A stretch of 64,000 nucleotides of DNA from Candidatus Bathyarchaeota archaeon. GTDB lineage: Archaea > Thermoproteota > Bathyarchaeia > 40CM-2-53-6. The stretch lies in assembly GCA_963706285.1 (NCBI GenBank), contig CAVPLU010000010.1, positions 1 to 64,000 on the forward strand, written 5' to 3'. Positions 21,950-32,416 of the stretch are shown here, piece by piece; positions within the stretch are counted from its first letter, which is position 1; each line of letters starts with the position of its first letter. The position numbers and the translations under genes are program-made. The notes beneath the pieces were generated by a model. That model saw nothing but the letters and a program-made list of their open reading frames with translations, ran no database searches and was not told the origin of the DNA.

Positions 21950-22252
21950 CTATCTTCGGATTCTTATGATTACAAGCGCGAGCAATATGATCGTGACAAC
22001 CACGAGTAGAACCAGTAGGCTTCGGTTTCTTTCCCAGATCACGAAGTTCGCGTTAAGTCGAGTGAATGGGTCGCGTGACTTCAGCATTCGAAGAGTATGA
22101 TCGTCTCTTCTCTGTTGAATACGCCGTTGTCTACTCGGATCTCGCCGGTTATGCTCTTTTCGAATCTGTGATGTCCCAACCCAGAAAGGGTTCGAGTATC
22201 TGCCGCTCAGCCAGAGATCGAACTCTTCCCGCGTTGTCGCCAATAGCTGCAC
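21950..22252 (-). CDS. Small protein with C-terminal TM helix, abutting the UPF0182 gene
   Basis: 100-aa ORF immediately downstream of the UPF0182 gene. Confidence 0.5.
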   Translation of the reverse strand: MQLLATTREEFDLWLSGRYSNPFWVGTSQIRKEHNRRDPSRQRRIQQRRDDHTLRMLKSRDPFTRLNANFVIWERNRSLLVLLVVVTIILLALVIIRIRR

Positions 22253-24994
22253 CTACCTGATCTGGACGCTGATGTAGTAGAGTTTCACAACTCCGCCTGT
22301 GGAGACGAGCGCTCCAAAGTTGAGGCTGCCGTCCGCGGCAGTCCAATAGTAGACTTCTGACACGTTGTACTTCTGACAGTAGTTGGTGATGAAATCGTTG
22401 ACCGTGGCGCTGATAGAGGTCCATTGTGACTCGTCCGTGTAGGTGATGTTGGCGACTCGAATTTCCACGTTCGCACTGATCTTGTTCGGGGTTACAAGCG
22501 AGTATCCCTTGTCTGTGAATAGTGAGTTGAGCTTCTTCACACGTTCTGCAGATCCCAATATGGTGGGAATTCCGCCGGAGATCGCGTAGTATGCTTGAGC
22601 AGAGTCCGCTCCAACCGCCACCTTGGCGCCAGTCATTGCGTCGACGACCGTTACGAACGCCATCTTCGTTATGACCGCATTCTGGACTTCTGTGTTGATG
22701 TAGACTGGAATGAAGTAGTAGAGGTGGTCGCCGATCAGGTACAGTAGGATGTTTCCGAGCCGATAGTTCGGTAGCAGAGTTAGCTGTGTGCGTACGTAGT
22801 CGTCTGTCTCCACGGCTTGTAGGGCGGCAGATGGTCCGATTAGTTGGGTTGTTGAGTTGGATATCCTGTATAGGTTCAGCCTTCCCAGCTGGTCGCTGCC
22901 GTACGCTATGAACATTCCAGCAAGGTTCCTGCCGGGGGACGCCTGATACTCTACCAGTTGTAGTCCTACGAAGTCAGCTCGATTTCCAAATGTCGCTAGG
23001 ATATACAGCACTTCAGTGGCTTCTGGTCGCTCATAGAAATCAGAGCCTGATCTCCAGACGAACGGGTCGTTCACATGATATTTGAAGGCCACATCGAGCT
23101 GTCCAGGGTTGTCGTGAGTTCCGAGCAGATCTTCAGGATAGCGTAACTGACTAACAAGCCATTCTGGCGGCGCTTTCCATGATGAATAGTATTTCGTGTA
23201 GAAATCCACGAGAAAACCGTCTGGCTTCGCAATGAGGTAGGGATACATGCGACCGTCCTCTATGTCGACGAGGACCACTCCGAAGAACCGGAGGTAGTTG
23301 CTTGCGGAGAATCCAGAGTGGATCGGGTAGTCAGTGTATACCTGTACAAGGTAGTAGATTCTGTTTCCGTCTGTTACGAGGTAGCTTGCACGGTCCGTGG
23401 TCAATCCGCCGATTAGGATGTCGTTTATTCTTTGGTGAACGTCACGGTTGTGCAGCATCATGATGTCTTCTTGAGGAGGGCTAAAGGCAAATCCGACTTG
23501 GCTCTCCTTCACAAGGAACCACAGCGTCCTTTGCCAGCCTGAGAGAACATAGTCAGGGTCTCCCGTGTAGGAGGCGTTTCCGATCTCCTCGACCCCTCTA
23601 ACATGAACATAGACGTCGTCGACTAGTTGCTCGCCATAGTAGATTGAGGGTTCCGCCTTGACTCCGAACGCTTTCTGGACGGTAACATAGTCGCCTGTGT
23701 GACTGTCAGTTACGACTATTCTGGCGGCGTGAGTGTAGATTAGGTGATGACTAATCCAATCTTCGGTTGGATAGTTGATTGTTGTAGGAGCGGCCCAGTA
23801 CTCGTGACCGTTGAGGTAGATTATGTGAGAGTCACTGAGTTGCATCCAGTTGACTCCTATCTGATTCTTCATCTTTGTGTAGGATGCATCGTGATCCCAT
23901 TGTCGTACCAGTGAGACGATCATGCTGGTGTTTCCTGCGGGAAGGCTTGAGAGAGGCTCCGTCGCGACGTTCTCGAGGCCCGCCGCCCACCGCGTGGCTT
24001 GGATTCCCTTCATCGTCATAGGTTTCCATTCATAATCGGTCCAATTGTTGTTCCAGTTCAGCGAGTAGCCAACGACGAAGCCCAAGTTCACGACGAGTGT
24101 GGCGAGCAGTAGCAACGCACCGAGGTAGACGATCCATCGTTTCCGGCGTGTCATGCCTATTGTCCGTCGGATGACTCCGAACTGGAAAGATGCTGCGATG
24201 ACTAGGAAGCTGATGAGGACAATTACGGCGATCAGGTAATTGTTGGGTGTTGCGATGTTCATGACCCAGTAGGGTGCCCCAACAATCGTTGCAAGAACAA
24301 CCAGCGTCAAGATTAGGAATAGATCTCTCATCCACGCGTTTGTCTTCATGCGAGCGAAGTCACGCATTAGCATTAGAATTAGCCTGAGCACCGCCACAAA
24401 AACAACCGCGCCAACGATATCATAGATTATGCGGTACTGAACTTCCATGGAGGGCATCAGCGCAACAAGCTCGGCGCCGGAAACCGGAACCATCGGAAGT
24501 TGAAAGATTCTCAAAACGTGGCTCCAGTCGCCTAGCCCGCTCTGTAGCATCGTAATCACGACGGTCATGTTGCCGAAACCTGGCATCCCGTTCGCGGATG
24601 CAATCATCCAGAATGCCATAGCCCACTTGACCACCTGCCAAAGCAACCATGATACTTTTCCTGGGCCTAGTGAGACAACTTCCTCTTCCCCTCTCGCACG
24701 AGCGAACGAGCCGCCGAGGGCTGACAAACCCTCAAAGAGGTGGCTTCTTCTCGGCATCGGGTTGATGAATAGAAGCGCTAGAATCCCGGCAACGATGAAC
24801 GTGTTGTTGTGGTAGAAGTTTATCGCGAACCAGTCGAGCCCTGCCTTTGAAGCATACATCGACTGTAGAACAATCCAATCCAAATAGACTGACAGCCCAT
24901 AGACGATCACACCGACGAAGACTAGCGCTACAATGACCCAGCCGAACAAACCCAAAAGACGGGGAGGCGGCCCAGCTTGTTCAGAATACTCCAT
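22253..24994 (-). CDS. UPF0182 family membrane protein
   Basis: N-terminal TMs, ATRWAAGL, VRQWD, HLIYTH, SIYYGE, QLRYPEDL, NYRLGNIL. Confidence 0.85.
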   Translation of the reverse strand: MEYSEQAGPPPRLLGLFGWVIVALVFVGVIVYGLSVYLDWIVLQSMYASKAGLDWFAINFYHNNTFIVAGILALLFINPMPRRSHLFEGLSALGGSFARARGEEEVVSLGPGKVSWLLWQVVKWAMAFWMIASANGMPGFGNMTVVITMLQSGLGDWSHVLRIFQLPMVPVSGAELVALMPSMEVQYRIIYDIVGAVVFVAVLRLILMLMRDFARMKTNAWMRDLFLILTLVVLATIVGAPYWVMNIATPNNYLIAVIVLISFLVIAASFQFGVIRRTIGMTRRKRWIVYLGALLLLATLVVNLGFVVGYSLNWNNNWTDYEWKPMTMKGIQATRWAAGLENVATEPLSSLPAGNTSMIVSLVRQWDHDASYTKMKNQIGVNWMQLSDSHIIYLNGHEYWAAPTTINYPTEDWISHHLIYTHAARIVVTDSHTGDYVTVQKAFGVKAEPSIYYGEQLVDDVYVHVRGVEEIGNASYTGDPDYVLSGWQRTLWFLVKESQVGFAFSPPQEDIMMLHNRDVHQRINDILIGGLTTDRASYLVTDGNRIYYLVQVYTDYPIHSGFSASNYLRFFGVVLVDIEDGRMYPYLIAKPDGFLVDFYTKYYSSWKAPPEWLVSQLRYPEDLLGTHDNPGQLDVAFKYHVNDPFVWRSGSDFYERPEATEVLYILATFGNRADFVGLQLVEYQASPGRNLAGMFIAYGSDQLGRLNLYRISNSTTQLIGPSAALQAVETDDYVRTQLTLLPNYRLGNILLYLIGDHLYYFIPVYINTEVQNAVITKMAFVTVVDAMTGAKVAVGADSAQAYYAISGGIPTILGSAERVKKLNSLFTDKGYSLVTPNKISANVEIRVANITYTDESQWTSISATVNDFITNYCQKYNVSEVYYWTAADGSLNFGALVSTGGVVKLYYISVQIR

Positions 24995-25147
24995 GATTAT
25001 CTCAAATGCAACTACTAGAACACCGCTATATCAACTGCGACTATGACCACTCCGGTTCCGGAGCGAATCTACGAGAATGGCTCGACACCAAATGAGCACA
25101 CGTTATGAGAGAGGTTAAGTAGGGATTGCTGAACCTTTACGGGCACC

Positions 25148-26542
25148 GTGCTCGCCATGAGAAAGTCAGACGACGCACTCTCGCTTTCAATCCTCGACCG
25201 AGCCAGAGATCGCATGGTTTCATCGCTACTTGGAGCGGTAGTGCCGGTTGCAGACTCCCCCGAGGATCAGAAGCTGGCCCTTGACTCTTCGAAGTTCAGG
25301 ATTCTGGAATGGCTTGCTGGTCTGTGCGGCTTTGATCGTTCCCAAGTAGAAGGCGTTCTTCGGGAAGGCGCTGGACAGCGGGCGCTGTGGAATCTTCTCA
25401 AAAGCGTCTCTGATTACGGTGTTGGAACGCCTCAGGTGCTTCGGGCGCCGGTAAGCGTTGTTTGGAGTCTCTCCTACGGGTGCAACCTTCGATGCAAACA
25501 CTGCTACCAGAACGCCAGTCGCCCATCATCGGATGAGCTGACGCTCGAAGAGCAACTGAACATTGTGGATCAACTGGGGAGGGCAGGAGTATCGATGGTT
25601 GTTCTCTCGGGCGGCGAGCCCTTGACGAACCCGAATCTTGGCAAGCTCATTGAGCGGATCCGAACATACGATATTGCGATCTCAATCGACTCGAACGGTG
25701 TTCTGATGAACGGAGAAGTTGTTCAATCGCTGAAACGAGCAGGGGTGGCTTCTGTCGAACTCAGCCTCGACTCCATAGACCCATTATCACACGATCAATT
25801 CCGCGGCCTCGATGGCGCCTTCGAGAAAACCCTCAACGCAGTTGACCTCTGTTCAGAAGCAGGAATCTTCACAACCATAGCGACAACGATCACAGCAATG
25901 AACTACGCTGACAGCAGCAAACTTCTCACACTTGCGAAGAACCATGGAGCAAGCAGGGTCGTGTTTTTTGACCTCATCCCTGCAGGAAGAGGTCGAAACA
26001 TTGAACAACTTCGGCTTTCACGCGACCAACTCCTTGACCTTATGGAACTTGTGAAGAAACAATCGAGAAACGGAATCGAAGTATTCACTGAACTTCCACA
26101 ATACGTAGTCTATTCTTCAAATGGAGAAGAAGACTCTGTGTCGAATCATGCCGATCAGACATTGTCGATAGAAAGATTCACTGTTAGCACATTCTTCGAC
26201 TGCGCAGGGCGAAACAACGCTTACAAGAGATTCGCGCCGTACCTAGGCGGCTGCCCGGCAGGAAGGATATACTGTAACATCCAGCCCAACGGTAACGTGA
26301 CGCCATGCATGTTCATGCCCGAATATCCGGTTGCAGGCAACCTGAGGAGACAATCATTCGAAGACATTTGGAGGGGTGAAACCTTCCAAGCATTGAGAGA
26401 TCGGACGCGCCTCAAAGGAAAATGCAGAGAGTGCAAATTCGCGATCGTTTGCGGCGGATGCAGAGCAAAGGCAGTTGCCTACAACGGCGATTACCTAGCT
26501 TCCGACCCCACGTGCCCGATCGATGTTCACCGCTCTTCATAG
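25148..26542 (+). CDS. Radical SAM / SPASM domain protein
   Basis: CNLRCKHC, SGGEP, GCPAG...VTPC...CRECKFAIVCGGCRA...DPTC. Confidence 0.92.
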   Translation: MLAMRKSDDALSLSILDRARDRMVSSLLGAVVPVADSPEDQKLALDSSKFRILEWLAGLCGFDRSQVEGVLREGAGQRALWNLLKSVSDYGVGTPQVLRAPVSVVWSLSYGCNLRCKHCYQNASRPSSDELTLEEQLNIVDQLGRAGVSMVVLSGGEPLTNPNLGKLIERIRTYDIAISIDSNGVLMNGEVVQSLKRAGVASVELSLDSIDPLSHDQFRGLDGAFEKTLNAVDLCSEAGIFTTIATTITAMNYADSSKLLTLAKNHGASRVVFFDLIPAGRGRNIEQLRLSRDQLLDLMELVKKQSRNGIEVFTELPQYVVYSSNGEEDSVSNHADQTLSIERFTVSTFFDCAGRNNAYKRFAPYLGGCPAGRIYCNIQPNGNVTPCMFMPEYPVAGNLRRQSFEDIWRGETFQALRDRTRLKGKCRECKFAIVCGGCRAKAVAYNGDYLASDPTCPIDVHRSS

Positions 26543-26561
26543 AGAATAGCGAGCACAGGCG

Positions 26562-26834
26562 TTAGAAGTTCTCTAGAAGGAAGTCCTTGGCCCTCGGCCA
26601 CTTGTTCAGTCTCTCCAGAATTGCTTCAACTAGCTGTTTCGTTTGTCCGTCGAACATCCTCGTAGCGAACAGCACAATGAAGAAGCTTGCGAGAGATGCC
26701 GAAAGCACATAGAGCAGCTTAGATGTCCTAAGGAACGATAAGATCACCGAGAAGACTCCCGTGCCCAGCACGCCCATCAGTACGGACCTGACTATGAAGT
26801 ACAGGTAGAACTCGTCATCCTTGATTCTGCTCAT
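26562..26834 (-). CDS. Small 2-TM hypothetical protein
   Basis: 90-aa ORF with two hydrophobic helices and an amphipathic C-terminus. Confidence 0.6.
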   Translation of the reverse strand: MSRIKDDEFYLYFIVRSVLMGVLGTGVFSVILSFLRTSKLLYVLSASLASFFIVLFATRMFDGQTKQLVEAILERLNKWPRAKDFLLENF

Positions 26835-27229
26835 ACGTTTTGTCTTGGCCTAAACGCTTCCTTCTCTTACTTCTCTCTTTCTTTTTCGCGAGATCTCGCA
26901 TTCAGGAATCCAGCTACGCCGATGAACATTTGATACTCGGTCAAGTGTGACTTCTCGATGAAGGCACAGAACTGTCTTCCTTTGAGACCTCGAACTAGAA
27001 CGCCAGCATCACGACACAAACAGAGAAACTAGCTCCCGCGCATGACGCGTAACATCGGACTATGATTTTGACAATCTGTCTCGTGCGCATTCAACATGGA
27101 GATCAATTTGCGTTCGTGGGTGACATCTGGTGCGGGGGTCGACGTAGCCGTGCGGTATTGACACGCGGTCTGCGTCAAGCTGACGGCCACGTGTTGTCAG
27201 ATTGATACTTTTCAGTTAACAAAGTCGAG

Positions 27230-27257
27230 TTCCAGTGGAAATCTCTTTCCACTGGAA
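27230..27257. promoter_or_regulatory. Perfect 12-bp inverted repeat in intergenic DNA (operator or hairpin)
   Basis: TTCCAGTGGAAA-tctc-TTTCCACTGGAA. Confidence 0.45.
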
Positions 27258-27570
27258 GACTGTCATCTTCAAGATTCCTAACGTGTGCGTCAGAATTTGA
27301 ATCGTCGTGCTCTTACGACTAGCATTTTGTCGTCAGGTTTGATTTTGAATTGATCTCTCGCTTTCTTAGGAATTGTTTGCTTGTCCCTTCTCGGCCCTCG
27401 TGGCGAAGGTGTACAAAAATGTCCTCTTTCCTAATTCATAAATGCGAAGTGCTCCCTAATCCTTTCGTGTAAAGCATGTGCATGAGATCATGCACTTGCT
27501 GCTTGGAAAGAACGATTCATCCACAAAATGTTTTATCACGTGGCTCCGGACTGTGCGCGAGGTGAATAAG

Positions 27571-27711
27571 ATGCCAGCCATTGGGGCTCTAGTATTAGTA
27601 GGTCTGATTAGGACAATTCTTGCTGCGGCAGTAGTAATAGCGCTCATCTTCCTTTTCTGGAAGATCGGAAAACTCGCAGATGCCTACGCGAAGAAACTTA
27701 AGACGTCTTGA
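27571..27711 (+). CDS. Small single-pass membrane protein (46 aa)
   Basis: Strong GAGGTGA SD just upstream of the ATG; MPAIGALVLVGLIRTILAAAVVIALIFLFWKIGKLADAYAKKLKTS. Confidence 0.7.
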   Translation: MPAIGALVLVGLIRTILAAAVVIALIFLFWKIGKLADAYAKKLKTS

Positions 27712-27757
27712 GAGCTACCTAACATTTCAAATTGCGAATATGCACGCTCAAGCCGTG

Positions 27758-29390
27758 CTAATGACTGACGGTGGTCTCCACTGTAATGTCTACAATGTGA
27801 TATCCGGTTGCGCCGCTTGGAAACGGGTTTTGGAGATTAGCTGTTTGGACAGTTCCTGTTTTGTCGGTTGCCCTTACAGTAATCTGATAGTTCCCTTTGG
27901 TCGGAGGGTTCCATTCGGTTGCCCAGAAAACCCACGTGTATCCTGAAAGAGGATCTTTGAGGCTGGCGGTTTCCCAGGTCTTGCCGCCGTCTGTGCTGAC
28001 CTCAACCTTCAGTATTCCACGGTCACCTGCAAAAGCTATGCCGGCTGATCGGCGACTTACTTCCGGCCAGAACATTTGAGACGCCTAACTCGACGAACCT
28101 ATCTCTTACCGAACTGTCGCCTGGGATGACTATTGTTGATTCGGTCTGGTACCTAGCGTCGTTAGTCCAGCCTCTCCTCTGCCAGAAACCTTGATGGACC
28201 TTGTCAACGACTTGTACGTCATTAATCCATTTCGCGTTCATCATACCATACAGACCAGGAACAATAGCTCTCAGGGGGTGACCATGCTCCTGTGGAAGGG
28301 GCACACCGTTCATCTCGTACGCGAGTATGGTGCCGTCGAGAAGTGCTCTCTCGATAGGTATTCCAACATCGTAGCCGTCGACGCATCCGAAAACGACATA
28401 CACGGCTCCTGACCCTGCCTGCGCCTTCGCCAGCAAATCCTTGACGCGGACGCCCTTCCAGAGGGCGTTGCTAATCAGATCGCCTCCGACCACGTTGCTT
28501 ACACATTCAAGCGTATTGTACTGAGTGACGGACTGCATTGCCTTCAGTTCCGTATAGTTGAGCGTAAACGGATTGTTGACTAATCCATGCACAGTAAGCT
28601 TCCAGGCATTAACGTCAACCGAAGGTGGCGAAACATTCACGTCTACTCTGTAGAATCGATCGTTGGCAGTCACCTCGGACGCGACAAATGGAGCAAGCAT
28701 TGGGTCCGCGAAGATTCCTTTCGTTTCTGATGGAGGCGTCACAACCTCTGACGTCGGCGTCCGTTGGCTTGACGGAAAAAAGAGATCAAGCCCATAGAAG
28801 AGAATGATAGACGCGACAGCGCCCGCGGCAGCTGCACGTATCAGCAGCCTTCTCCTGCGATTCATCCTTGGCAGAGCCACAGGTGCCCCCTCGGGGAGAG
28901 CGCTTGATCCGCCGAACTCGATATCGGATAAGTAAGTTAGCGCGAAGCCGAAGATCAACTGAGCCGGAAGAAGATAGAGAGCCGCATACTGAATTGAGAT
29001 CGCCTGGGTCGTAATTTCGGTTACGCTCAGAAACGTAGCTGAAGCTAGAAACAAAATCAAGTAAGCCAACAGTGAGAATCCGAGAGCTCTAAGCGCGTAT
29101 CCCTTGTTGGCAAGCCTAGGGCGTAAGCCTTGGAGGAGTGCTCCAAGAACCCCGTAGAGAGCAAGATTGACAAAGATCGCGCCTATCAAAGCAGAATACT
29201 TTGCAAGAGGGCCGAGCGTTTCCACGGCTCGGGACTCTATTTCTCCAGGTGTTAGGGAGAACAAGGTTTGTGCAGCAAGTTCAGGAACAAACAATCCGCC
29301 AAACAGGATCCTGAGAAGAAAAGAGAGAAAGATCGCAAAGGCTCCCACCGTAAATCCTATCCAGAACCCTCGAGACTTGTCGCCCATCAC
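27758..29390 (-). CDS. Membrane-anchored sulfite-oxidase-family molybdopterin oxidoreductase (frameshift near 28060)
   Basis: FYRVD, TLECVSN (Mo-ligating Cys), NALWKGV, HGHPLRAIVPGLYGMMNAKW; dimerization domain VEVSTDGGKTW in ORF 27758-28075. Confidence 0.9.
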
Positions 29391-29747
29391 GCTCAGTCCT
29401 CAGTGCACCAAACAATATCAGATGTCGGTTCTGCAGATGAAATGACCGTAGAATACAGACGCTAATTATCTTTGTCGTTCAAACACTGAATCTGAACACT
29501 TCGAAACATGTCCATCCTCAGGATGAGGAGAGGGGTAGTTTTGTGAATCCGTGCGTGGGTGAACAAGGGCAATGGGTCTTACCGTTCATGATAGATATGG
29601 CGACGGAGTCTTGTCAGAGCTGAGAATTCCTCTGCATCGTCTTTCTCTGAACTGATGATTGAGCGACGAGTCTACCTCTTCGTATGACGTGCGAAGCCTC
29701 GGCTTGAAAGGTGTACGCTATACTCCAACGCTTTTCGCTCGGCGCGA

Positions 29748-30320
29748 CTAATCGGTCGTTACTGCATAAATCGGCAGTACGGTTCTCTTGTATGCTTCGT
29801 TCAGGACTTCTGCGAGTGAAAGATAGAATGCGCTGAAGCCGCAGATGACGCCTTCAACTCCAGCGATTGGTAGGAGGGCAGGGACTTCGCGGGCTGCTGC
29901 GAGCAGGAAGAAAAGTATCGCGAGGCTCATGAAAATGAACTGTAGTGCTCTGTTTGTCTTCAAGGTCCCGAAGAACATTGTCAGAGTGAAGAGCCCCCAC
30001 ATGAAGAGGTACGCCGCCATTGCTGTATTGTCGGGCGCGAAAGCTGACGTGTCAGTCGGAAGTAGAACCAAGTAGACCAGTGACAGCCAAAAGAGACCGT
30101 ATGAGGTGAAGGCGACTGTTCCAAAGGTGTTGCCTTTCCGGAACTCCATTATGCCAGCGATAATTTGCGCGATTCCGCCGTAGAATATGCCCATCGCCAC
30201 GATCATGCTGTTCATTGGAAAAAGACCCGCGTTGTGCATGTTCAGCAGGATCGTCGTCATGCCGAAGCCCATCAAACCTAGCGGAGCAGGATTTGCGAGT
30301 TCAGACGCTTTGGCACTCAT
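29748..30320 (-). CDS. satP: GPR1/FUN34/YaaH family acetate/succinate uptake channel
   Basis: [12 protein letters not shown] signature, FYGGIAQ, GNTFG, SYGLFW. Confidence 0.9.
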   Translation of the reverse strand: MSAKASELANPAPLGLMGFGMTTILLNMHNAGLFPMNSMIVAMGIFYGGIAQIIAGIMEFRKGNTFGTVAFTSYGLFWLSLVYLVLLPTDTSAFAPDNTAMAAYLFMWGLFTLTMFFGTLKTNRALQFIFMSLAILFFLLAAAREVPALLPIAGVEGVICGFSAFYLSLAEVLNEAYKRTVLPIYAVTTD

Positions 30321-30736
30321 TCTCGTTTCAACTGCTGACGATCCGCGGCTACGCAAGTTGAATCTATAAAGACGTTCTTTCGCACAATTTGTAGTCGATC
30401 AGAAGATACGATAAGTAGCTACTGGCACTTATTGGTAAGATAAAAAAGATCCCAAGCATTCGAACCGAAAGTCCGGTCTAGATAACAGTCTCTGAGATCC
30501 AAAAGGAAACGTATCCTTTGGAGTCGTTCACTCGGGGAATGAGCGGTCATACGAGATAGATGCTTCTGTACGAGAACCGCGCACATCCAACGTTCAACTC
30601 GATCGATGACACAGGCTACAAAGTTGGAAGAGGTTAGCAGAGGTTCGTATTTGAAGGCGTGGTCTAATGAGTGCCATAATTAGAAGATGCAATAAGGAAC
30701 TGCTAACACTAGACGAGAAGGAAAGGGTGTACGTCC

Positions 30737-32407
30737 TTGGCATTCAAGCCTGAAAGTCCGGCTGAGAAGACGATCTTCGACGTATGGAAAGAAACGAGTC
30801 CCTCAGAGGCATTTACTGGGGGCTTGAGTGATCATGCAGGAAAGATGCTCGTGTACGATACCGCCGGCATCGAACGGCTGATACGAAAGATCGACGATGC
30901 AAGCTCAAATGCTGAGACGAGAGCTCAACAGAGGCTCGCCGCCTCCTTGAAAGCGTACATGAAACTTAGCCTAATGGGTGAGGCACACATCGTACCTGAC
31001 ACAGTCGTTAATGCGTTCTTTGCACACCTCATCAAGGAAGGAATCGTTCCAACCCACCTCACATCACTCGCGAATTACGCAGCGGAATCGCTGTCCGCCT
31101 ACGCCGCAAGTGCTAGCAGCAAGACATGTCCGACTGGCATCAAAATCCTAACATCGATCAGATGCTCCGGCGTAATCGAAGTAGCGGACACAGTCAGGAA
31201 ACAAACGAGAAGCAAGACTCTCAAGCTAACGCTCGACAATCTAGTCGGTAAGGTGAATGATTACTCGAAGAAGTTTGGTTTTCCAGATTTCAAGAACAGT
31301 GGATTCGACGAGATCGTGGAGATTTGCACCAGAGAAGGATGCGATCTCGGAAGAAGCGAATACTACGCAGACGCACTCACCAACCTGTACGATTACAGCG
31401 AAACGCCCTCAGAACTTGAAGAGAAAGGTCTGGCAATGCTCAATCGAGAATTGCCCGATTTCAAGAGAGAAGTTGAGGGATTCGCTTCCAAGTTGGGGGT
31501 CGATGCTAGCGGCGAGTCAGTTGCTCATGCAATATCGAAGAAGAAGGCATTGAAAGCGTCTCGAGTGGTCGGATATGTCAAAGGCCTGAAGAAACATGTG
31601 GGCAAGCTGATGAACAGGAACATCGTGAAGATCAATCGTCGCTATGTGACGAGGGTTGTCGAAACCCCGACATTCCTCTCCGCAGTGTTTCCTTCAGGAG
31701 GCGCCATGTTTCTAGACTACTTGACGAGAAAACCGTTCCAAGTCTTTCTCGCAACCACGGACCCTAGAAGAGCACCAGAGACATCGCCATCCGAACTCCT
31801 GAACCTGCTAGTTCATGAAGAGTACGGACACTGTCTTCACTCATCCAACTCCGCGTTCTCATTCGCGGCAAAACCAACTCTGACAGATATGCTTCAATCA
31901 CAAGCTGGAAACGCAGTCTCAGAAGGGATCTCATTCCATAGAGAAAAGGAGTTCCTGAACTACCTGAACGAGATGAAACAGAGGAAGCCAACCTCAACTG
32001 AACGCGCGTTCTTCAAATTCCTTGGCAAGTACGGCGGAGCGGACGAAGTGTTCGCAGACTACGGATTCTTCACACACCTTTGGAGAATAGTACGTTTCCT
32101 TCGTGTCATAGGGGACGCACGCATCAACTCGGGCAAGCAGGGTCTAATGGATTTCATTGACTGGGCGAATCAAGAAACCGGATTGAGCAAGAGTCTCATC
32201 TATCATCAAGTATTCCCGGCTCACCAAGGCAACGGCCCAGGATACGCATCAACATACGCAATACTAGGTCAAAGCATTGCGAACATCCAGCAGGAAGCCT
32301 TGGGAAACGGAAAGAATCTCTTGGACTTCAACACCTATGCCTGTTCGCTCGGATTTCCGCCACGTTCTGTCTTCGAGCAGAAGCTCAGAGACTATGCTAG
32401 CAGTTAG
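30737..32407 (+). CDS. DUF885-like / zincin-type helical protein
   Basis: LLVHEEYGHCLH followed by SEG; RFLRVIGDARIN; PGYASTYAILG. Confidence 0.6.
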   Translation: MAFKPESPAEKTIFDVWKETSPSEAFTGGLSDHAGKMLVYDTAGIERLIRKIDDASSNAETRAQQRLAASLKAYMKLSLMGEAHIVPDTVVNAFFAHLIKEGIVPTHLTSLANYAAESLSAYAASASSKTCPTGIKILTSIRCSGVIEVADTVRKQTRSKTLKLTLDNLVGKVNDYSKKFGFPDFKNSGFDEIVEICTREGCDLGRSEYYADALTNLYDYSETPSELEEKGLAMLNRELPDFKREVEGFASKLGVDASGESVAHAISKKKALKASRVVGYVKGLKKHVGKLMNRNIVKINRRYVTRVVETPTFLSAVFPSGGAMFLDYLTRKPFQVFLATTDPRRAPETSPSELLNLLVHEEYGHCLHSSNSAFSFAAKPTLTDMLQSQAGNAVSEGISFHREKEFLNYLNEMKQRKPTSTERAFFKFLGKYGGADEVFADYGFFTHLWRIVRFLRVIGDARINSGKQGLMDFIDWANQETGLSKSLIYHQVFPAHQGNGPGYASTYAILGQSIANIQQEALGNGKNLLDFNTYACSLGFPPRSVFEQKLRDYASS

Positions 32408-32416
32408 CTCAGGCTG

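Noticed and set aside
25148-27711. RiPP cluster around the radical SAM/SPASM gene
   Set aside because: No recognisable precursor, RRE/PqqD, peptidase or exporter; the nearby small ORFs are membrane peptides.
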